Of a DNA stretch of 64,000 bases, positions 39,784-45,938 are shown piece after piece. Location: contig JAODNA010000049.1 of assembly GCA_025465135.1 (NCBI GenBank), positions 44,507 through 108,506 of the forward strand, read 5' to 3'. The DNA is from Frankiales bacterium. Lineage in GTDB: Bacteria > Actinomycetota > Actinomycetes > Mycobacteriales > SCTD01. Both the position numbers and the translations under genes were made by a program. Every line of letters begins with the position of its first letter. Within the stretch, counting starts at the first letter, position 1. Under the pieces are notes generated by a model. The model was not told the origin of the DNA, made no database searches, and saw nothing but the letters and a program-made list of their open reading frames with translations.

Positions 39784-41450
39784 CCGATCTTGAGCAGCTG
39801 TTCCAGGACTCCGTCGCGCTGGCCGAGCAGGGCCACTCGTCGCCTGGGGATCCTCTCGGGCGGCTGACTGCGGCCCGATCCGCGTACCGGCGTCGTCGAT
39901 GGGGGGCGGTCGCAATCCCGGCCGCTGCCGCGGCAGTCGCCGCAGTCATGATCCTGCCGTCGGTGCTCACCCCAGGCGGTGGTGGCGGAGCCGTCGTCGC
40001 GGCCGGCGACGGCCCGACCCCGTCGGCGTTCGTGGCGCTGGTCGCCGGCCGGGCTGGTCTGTTCAATGCGACTGACGGCACGCGAGTACTGGACTTCGGG
40101 TCGGCTACAGCAGTCTCCACCGACCCGCTCGGGGTGTACGTCGGGGCCGGCGCCGGGTGCTCGTCCGTCCTGCGCTTCTTCCACGCCGGGCAGTCGTCGT
40201 TCCTCGACGGTGAAGGACCTATCGGCGGCCACATGAGTGCGCTGGCCATCTCGCCGGGGGGGCGGACCCTTGCCTACACGCTGGGCCACCGCCCTGACGC
40301 CGAGCCGGGCGTGCCGTGCGGAAGCCCCGACCTGGTACTGCGCGACGGCCCTACCGGTGCAGTGCGCCGGTGGACCGGCGAGGTGGGCAGCGGGGAGATA
40401 TCGCAGCTGTCGTGGTCCGCCGACGGCAAGCACCTCGCCTTCCAGACCAGCGTGTGCTGCGACGCCAGCACCACGCTGCACGTGCTCGCGACAGACGCGG
40501 CTCCAACCCCGGTGACCCAGGTGCCCGCTGCGCTCCACGGGCGGCAGACGTGCCAGTTCACGCTGCCGGTGTACTCGGGCAACCAGCTGCTTGCGGTCCG
40601 TCAGTGCGACGGCGGCGCCGACCTGGTCCGGATCGGGCTCGACGGCGCGGTCAGCCTCGAGCGAAAGCTGCCAGCAGGCAGCCCCATCGCTCTCTCGGCC
40701 GCCGGCGGGGCACTGCTGCTCTCTGAGTACGGCACGCCGGAGACACCGGGCAAGCTCCTACGGCTGGACGCCGACGGCACCGCGACTGTCCTCGGCACTG
40801 GCTTCTCGCAGCCCAGCTGGGCCGTGCCCGGATCGACGCAGGCGTCACCCACGGCGTCCGCCGCGGCAACGGCCGCGCCGCAGGAAAGCGCTGCGGCAAC
40901 GAGCTGCGTCTACCGCCCTTCACCGAAGGACGCGGTCGGCCCGGCCGTCGGACTTCCCGCGGCGGAGCCCCGCAACCTACCTGCCAGCGCGACCATCCAC
41001 ACCAGCCGCGGCGACATCACCGTGGACTTCAGGCCGGAGCGCACCCAGGCGCCCTGCACGGTGAACAGCTTTGCGCACCTGGCCACGAGCAAGTTCTACG
41101 ACGGCACCCGCTGCCATCGCCTGACCACCGCGGGCATCTACGTCCTGCAGTGCGGCGACCCGTCCGGCACCGGTAGCGGTGGTCCCGGCTACACGTTCGC
41201 CGACGAGCACCTGCCGGGCACGACGTACCCGACGGGCACGGTGGCGATGGCCAACGCGGGCCCCGACTCGAACGGCAGCCAGTTCTTCCTCGTCTACAAG
41301 ACCAGCCAGCTCGGCCCGGACTACACCGTCTTCGGACACATCACGGCCGGACTCGACGTCCTGACGGGTGTTGCCGCTGGCGGCGCGCTTCCCCCCAACG
41401 ACGGAGCACCGAAGCTGCCGGTTCGGATCGTGAACGTCGCCCTCGGCTGA
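39780..41450 (+). CDS. ECF cassette 8 partner P8: single-pass membrane protein with PD40-like beta-propeller region and C-terminal cyclophilin-type PPIase
   Basis: ATGA overlap at 39780-39783. The N-terminus is MTDLEQLFQDSVALAEQG...SAYRRRRW followed by the TM GAVAIPAAAAAVAAVMILPSV. PD40-like motifs are ISPGGRTLAY and WSADGKHLAF. The cyclophilin stretch is APCTVNSFAHLA..FYDGTRCHR...LQCGDPSGTGSGGPGYTFADE...GTVAMANAGPDSNGSQFFLVY...YTVFGHI. Confidence 0.9.
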   Translation: MTDLEQLFQDSVALAEQGHSSPGDPLGRLTAARSAYRRRRWGAVAIPAAAAAVAAVMILPSVLTPGGGGGAVVAAGDGPTPSAFVALVAGRAGLFNATDGTRVLDFGSATAVSTDPLGVYVGAGAGCSSVLRFFHAGQSSFLDGEGPIGGHMSALAISPGGRTLAYTLGHRPDAEPGVPCGSPDLVLRDGPTGAVRRWTGEVGSGEISQLSWSADGKHLAFQTSVCCDASTTLHVLATDAAPTPVTQVPAALHGRQTCQFTLPVYSGNQLLAVRQCDGGADLVRIGLDGAVSLERKLPAGSPIALSAAGGALLLSEYGTPETPGKLLRLDADGTATVLGTGFSQPSWAVPGSTQASPTASAAATAAPQESAAATSCVYRPSPKDAVGPAVGLPAAEPRNLPASATIHTSRGDITVDFRPERTQAPCTVNSFAHLATSKFYDGTRCHRLTTAGIYVLQCGDPSGTGSGGPGYTFADEHLPGTTYPTGTVAMANAGPDSNGSQFFLVYKTSQLGPDYTVFGHITAGLDVLTGVAAGGALPPNDGAPKLPVRIVNVALG

Positions 41451-41510
41451 ACGCAGCCCCTGATCTGGTGAGGAAGCGGATCCTCGGGCAGGGAAGAGGT
41501 GGCTAGGGTG

Positions 41511-41583
41511 CTCCCCCGTCTGGACTTGAACCAGAAACCCTGCGATTAACAGTCGCATGCTCTGCCAATTGAGCTACGGGGGA
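41511..41583 (-). tRNA. tRNA-Asn (anticodon GTT)
   Basis: The reverse strand reads TCCCCCG-TA-GCTC-AATTGGCA-GAGC-A-TGCGA-CTGTTAA-TCGCA-GGGTT-TCTGG-TTCAAGT-CCAGA-CGGGGGA-G. This is a full cloverleaf with a 7-bp acceptor stem and anticodon loop CT-GTT-AA. CCA is not encoded. Confidence 0.93.
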
Positions 41584-41688
41584 TCGCGCCGGCGGACCGG
41601 CGGCGGAAGCCAACATTAGCGCAACCGACAGCCCGCCTTTCGTCCGGTTTCGCCTACAGGGGCGGCCTGGGTCACCGACACTAGAGGT

Positions 41689-42825
41689 GTGCTGACCCGT
41701 CCCGAACGCCTCATCGCCGTCGCAGCGGGCGGCGTGCTCGTGGTGGGTCTGGTGAGCACCTCGTACGCCGGCCCGCCGGCCGTCGCCGCCAAGGCGGCCG
41801 ACGTCACGACGCCGACCACCGCCCCGGCTCCGACGACGGCGCCGACGATGGGCCCGGTCGCGCCCACGCCGACGCTCCAGCCGAAGCCAGCGCCCGTCCA
41901 GGCACCCGCCGTACCGGGCGCGCTGCCGGCCATGGCCGCCGCGCCGACGGTCCCGCAGTCGGGCTGTCCCGCTCCGGTCCAGCACCCGAGCTCGTGGACG
42001 CCGAAGCCACTCGGTGCCCCGGCTGTCGCTGACGCCGCACTGCCCAAGACGCTCCCCCGTCGGGCGAAGGCCACCGACCTCAGCGCCGTGACCGGCAAGG
42101 GGATCTGGGTCACCAACTGGCCGAAGGACACGGTCGACGTGAAGGGGGTCGTCGCGAAGGCGAAGGCCGCGGGCCTGACGAGCATCTGGGTCCGCACCGG
42201 CGGCTCCCGCCAGGGCTACTACGGCAACCGCGTCCTGCCCGCCCTCGTGCCGGCAGCCCACCGCGCCGGGCTGAAGGTCGTCGCCTGGGACTTCCCGTTC
42301 CTGTCCGATCCCGTGTCCGACGTCGTGCGCGCCCACAAGGCGCTCGCCGCCGGCATCGACGCGTTCGCACCCGACATCGAGACCGCCGCCGAGGGCACCC
42401 ATGCGAGCAGCCGCCGGGTGTCGCTCTACCTGTCGCTGGTGCGGTCCGTGGCCGGCAACCGGCCCATCGCCGCGACGGTGCCACGGCCCACGCCGAAGCG
42501 CCTGACGTCCTTCCCGTACGCCGCCTTCGCGCCGTACGCCGACCTGTTCGTCCCGATGGTCTACTGGTCCTGCAACGAGCCCGGGCTGCTGGTGCAGCAG
42601 TCCCTGCAGCGCCTGGGGCGCTGGCTCCCCGTCGCGCCGGTGGGCCAGGCCTACGACATGCGCACCGATGGCGGCCGCGGCGGCCTGCCGACCCGCGCGG
42701 AGACGTGGCGCTTCCTCGACAGCGCCCGTCGCGGCGGCGCGGTCGGCGCCAGCCTGTGGACGATCGAGACCATCGGAGCCGGCCAGTGGTCCGCGCTGAA
42801 GGCCTACCCCTGGTTGGGACGCTAG
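41689..42825 (+). CDS. Secreted protein with Pro/Thr/Ala linker; possible glycoside-hydrolase-like TIM-barrel domain
   Basis: GTG 41689 gives a signal/TM (LIAVAAGGVLVVGLVSTSYA). A P/T/A-rich linker follows. The C-terminal domain carries ...SIWVRTGG...AHRAGLKVVAWDFPF...GIDAFAPDIE, which is weakly reminiscent of GH-like hypothetical families. Function is unverified. Confidence 0.75.
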   Translation: MLTRPERLIAVAAGGVLVVGLVSTSYAGPPAVAAKAADVTTPTTAPAPTTAPTMGPVAPTPTLQPKPAPVQAPAVPGALPAMAAAPTVPQSGCPAPVQHPSSWTPKPLGAPAVADAALPKTLPRRAKATDLSAVTGKGIWVTNWPKDTVDVKGVVAKAKAAGLTSIWVRTGGSRQGYYGNRVLPALVPAAHRAGLKVVAWDFPFLSDPVSDVVRAHKALAAGIDAFAPDIETAAEGTHASSRRVSLYLSLVRSVAGNRPIAATVPRPTPKRLTSFPYAAFAPYADLFVPMVYWSCNEPGLLVQQSLQRLGRWLPVAPVGQAYDMRTDGGRGGLPTRAETWRFLDSARRGGAVGASLWTIETIGAGQWSALKAYPWLGR

Positions 42826-42886
42826 ATCCGCCGGATCGCGGGTAGGGGTCCAGCCAACTGACCCCTGAACGTCCCCGGAGGACCCC

Positions 42887-43237
42887 GTGATCCGCAAGCT
42901 CACCCTCGCCGCCGGCTTCGGTGCCGGCTACGTCCTCGGCGCCAAGGCCGGCACGCAGCGCTACGACCAGATCGTCGGCAAGCTCCGCGAGCTGGCCGGC
43001 ATGCCCGCCGTGCAGGAGGTCAAGGAGACGCTCGCCGACACGGCCGGCCAGATCGGTGACAAGGCCAAGGCCACCGTCAACGAGAAGGTCGCGGCGGTGG
43101 GCGACAAGGTCAGTGACGTCGTCGACCTCGGTGCAGGAACCTCCACCGGCGGGAGCGGCAAGTCCCGCACGGGAGCGCGCACCGCAGCCGCGCCCATGCC
43201 TGGCGCGGCACCCAGCGCGACGGCCCCGGACGCCTGA
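42887..43237 (+). CDS. Small Gly-zipper/YtxH-like protein
   Basis: GGAGG lies upstream of GTG 42887. The translation begins MIRKLTLAAGFGAGYVLGAKAGTQRYDQIVGKLRELAG..., followed by a helical K/E/A-rich body. Confidence 0.7.
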   Translation: MIRKLTLAAGFGAGYVLGAKAGTQRYDQIVGKLRELAGMPAVQEVKETLADTAGQIGDKAKATVNEKVAAVGDKVSDVVDLGAGTSTGGSGKSRTGARTAAAPMPGAAPSATAPDA

Positions 43238-43626
43238 TGAGCTCGCGTCTCCCGGAGACCCCCTCGGCGATGGAGGCGGAGGGCATCCCCGACACCGACG
43301 ACGACGGCGCCATGGAGCCGCCGCACGACGTCGCGATTGCCGTCGACGACTTCGGTACGACGGCGGCCGAGATGCACGACGGCGAGCCCCTCGACGGCCG
43401 CATCGCCCGCGAGGAGCCCGACGTCATCTCGCTCGTCGACCAGGACGCCGACGAGAGTGCCGGCCTTGACGACCGTCGCGCCGGCCAGGGCGTCGGCCGG
43501 CTCGTCGAGTCCGACGAAGGCGCACGCACCGACACCGAGGCCGAGCTGGTCGCGGCCGACGTCGGCACCGACCTCGGCGGCTACTCCGCCGAGGAGTCGG
43601 CGATGCACCTCGAGCCCGAGGTCTGA
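43237..43626 (+). CDS. Small highly acidic protein
   Basis: Its ATG shares 1 nt with the preceding stop (TGATG). It is very D/E-rich (EAEGIPDTDDDGAMEPP...EEPDVISLVDQDADES...) and ends EESAMHLEPEV. It resembles conserved actinobacterial acidic proteins, from memory only. Confidence 0.65.
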   Translation: MSSRLPETPSAMEAEGIPDTDDDGAMEPPHDVAIAVDDFGTTAAEMHDGEPLDGRIAREEPDVISLVDQDADESAGLDDRRAGQGVGRLVESDEGARTDTEAELVAADVGTDLGGYSAEESAMHLEPEV

Positions 43627-43636
43627 CGAGCACGTC

Positions 43637-44692
43637 GTGGCAGCCACCCGACTGCGCCGCATCTCCTGCTCCGGACCGGGACTCGCCCGGCGACGGCGCG
43701 GGAAGGGGTTCGTCTACGTCGACGCCGGCGGCCACCTGGTCACCGACCCGGCGACACTCGCCCGCATCAAGGCGCTGGTGATCCCCCCGGCGTGGAACGA
43801 CGTCTGGATCTGCCCGACCTCCAGCGGGCACATCCAGGCGACGGGCGTCGACGCGCGCGGCCGGCGGCAGTACCGCTACCACGACGTGTGGCGGTTGCAG
43901 CGCGACCTCGCGAAGCACGACCGCATCCTCGACTTCGCAGCCCGGCTCCCGGCCGCCCGCGAGCGCATCAAGGCCGACCTCGCTGGTGACGACCTCACCC
44001 GCGAGCGGGTGCTGGCGTGCGCCGTCCGCCTGCTGGACCTCGGGTTCTTCCGCATCGGCGGTGAGCAGTACGCCGAGGAGAACCAGACCTACGGCCTGGC
44101 AACGATGCGCAAGGACCACCTGCACGTCGCCAAGGACGGGACGCTGACCTTCGACTACACCGCGAAGAGCGGCAAGCACCTGCACAAGTCACTCGCGGAG
44201 CCGGAGGTCGGCGCGGTCATGGCCGCCCTCAAGCGCCGGCGCGGCGGCGGCGAGGAGGTGCTCGCGTATCGCGGCACCGACGGCGCGTGGGTCGACGTCA
44301 AGAGCGGTGACATCAACGTCTACCTGCGGCAGGCCACCGGTGGCGAGGACTCCGCGAAGGACTTCCGCACGTGGTCCGCCACGGTGCTCGCGGCGATCGG
44401 GCTCGCGGTGTCGACCAACGCCGTGACGGAGTCGGCGCGCAAGCGGGCCGTAGCGCGCGTGGTGAAAGAGGTCTCGGAGCAGCTCGGCAACACGCCGGCG
44501 GTGTGTCGCTCGTCGTACATCGACCCGCGCATCATCGACCTGTACGACGCCGGCGTCACGATCCGCAAGGACCTCGACAAGCTCGGTGCCGACGCGTCGT
44601 ACGGCGAGCCCGCGTTCCAGGGCGCCATCGAGGCCGCGGTGCTGCGGCTCCTGCGCGACGCCCCGGAAGAGATCCTCTCCAAGGCCGGCTAG
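43637..44692 (+). CDS. DNA topoisomerase IB (poxvirus-like bacterial TopIB)
   Basis: Lies in ORF 43337..44692, starting at GTG 43637. Motifs are GKGFVYVDAGG, IPPAWNDVWICP, GHIQATGVDARGRRQYRYH, FRIGGEQYAEENQTYGLATMRK and KDFRTW. The catalytic-Tyr motif is VCRSSYIDPRI. Confidence 0.9.
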   Translation: MAATRLRRISCSGPGLARRRRGKGFVYVDAGGHLVTDPATLARIKALVIPPAWNDVWICPTSSGHIQATGVDARGRRQYRYHDVWRLQRDLAKHDRILDFAARLPAARERIKADLAGDDLTRERVLACAVRLLDLGFFRIGGEQYAEENQTYGLATMRKDHLHVAKDGTLTFDYTAKSGKHLHKSLAEPEVGAVMAALKRRRGGGEEVLAYRGTDGAWVDVKSGDINVYLRQATGGEDSAKDFRTWSATVLAAIGLAVSTNAVTESARKRAVARVVKEVSEQLGNTPAVCRSSYIDPRIIDLYDAGVTIRKDLDKLGADASYGEPAFQGAIEAAVLRLLRDAPEEILSKAG

Positions 44693-45891
44693 CGACGGGG
44701 GCGCAGGGCGGCGACGGCTCCGACGGCCGAGAGCACGGCGGCGATGGCGAAGCCGACCGAGCCCGACGCGGGCAGCACCAGCGCGATGGCCGCCCCGAAC
44801 ACCCAGGTCAGCTGCAGCGCCGTCTCCGACCGCGCGAACGCGCTGCTCACCGAACGCGCCGGCACCTCCGTCTGCAGCGAGGCGTCGAGCCCGAACTTCG
44901 ACATCGACGCGACGAAGCTGGCCACCCCGGCGGCGACCGCAGGCAGTACGCCGTGGGGCCGGACCGCCGCGGCGAGGCAGGCCAGTCCCGCGAGCAGCGG
45001 CGACAGCCGCGTCAGGGCCCGCACCGAGATCCGGATCCGGGCGGCGCCGATCGTTCCGCCGATCTGACCGACCGCAGCCGCTCCGACGACGAGCGCGACG
45101 TCCCAGGCCGACGCGTGCGTCGCCCGGAGCAGGAAGGCCAGGAACACCGTGAGCAGCCCGGAGACCGACCGCAGCGCGGCGGCCGAGCTCAGGGCGCCGA
45201 GGACCACCGGACCCGAGTCGCGCAGCAGGAACGGCGCCGAGCGCTCGGCCGGATCAGCCGGTGCCTCGTCGACCCGGCTCGGCAGTCGCAGCGCGAGGAC
45301 CCCGGCGGCGAGCAGCAGCAAGCTGGCGGCGTACAGCACCCACGAGGCGCCCAGCGTCTTGGCGACGACCGCGCCCACCGCTGCTGCAGCCGACGACGAC
45401 GCGGTGCCCGCGATGTTCAGCCGCGCGTTGGCCTGCACCAGCCCCATCCCCTCGGGGCGGACCCGCGGCGTCGCCGCACTCCTCGCGACGCCGTACGCCC
45501 GCGCGAGCACGAGCACTCCGAGCGCGAGCGGGTAGAGCCCGAGCCCGGCGATCGCGCCGGCCATCACCCACGTCAGCAACCCGCGCCCGCCCGCGGTCGC
45601 GGCAAGGACGTTGCGCCGGCCGTGCCGGAACCGGTCGAGCAGCGGGCCGGCGATCGGGACGAGGAACGAGAACGGCAGCAGCGTCAGGACGAGGTAGAGC
45701 GCGACCCGGCCACGGGCCTGCCCGAGCGGGACGGAGAAGAACAGCGTCCCCGCCAGCGCCACCGCCACCAACGCGTCGCCGGCCGACTGCAGGGCATGGA
45801 CGCCCAGCAGCGCGGACAGACCGCTGCTGCCGGCGCCGTCGGCGCGCGCCGCCTTCCGCAGCCGTCGCGCTGCGGGCCGGACCAGCTCCAT
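44689..45891 (-). CDS. MFS transporter
   Basis: About 12 hydrophobic segments are visible. The motif LLDRFRHGRRNVL lies after TM2-3 (D-R-x-G-R-R-like). Confidence 0.85.
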   Translation of the reverse strand: MELVRPAARRLRKAARADGAGSSGLSALLGVHALQSAGDALVAVALAGTLFFSVPLGQARGRVALYLVLTLLPFSFLVPIAGPLLDRFRHGRRNVLAATAGGRGLLTWVMAGAIAGLGLYPLALGVLVLARAYGVARSAATPRVRPEGMGLVQANARLNIAGTASSSAAAAVGAVVAKTLGASWVLYAASLLLLAAGVLALRLPSRVDEAPADPAERSAPFLLRDSGPVVLGALSSAAALRSVSGLLTVFLAFLLRATHASAWDVALVVGAAAVGQIGGTIGAARIRISVRALTRLSPLLAGLACLAAAVRPHGVLPAVAAGVASFVASMSKFGLDASLQTEVPARSVSSAFARSETALQLTWVFGAAIALVLPASGSVGFAIAAVLSAVGAVAALRPRR

Positions 45892-45938
45892 GCCCGAAGG
45901 CTAGGGCGCGCGGACGCCGTACGTCGTACGGTGAGGCG

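Noticed and set aside
17336-41450. Zinc-binding anti-sigma (ZAS, HxxxCxxC) motifs in the eight partner proteins
   Set aside because: I looked through the first roughly 45 residues of each partner and found no His/Cys pattern. P7 has a single Cys. They therefore cannot be called ZAS-type anti-sigma factors.
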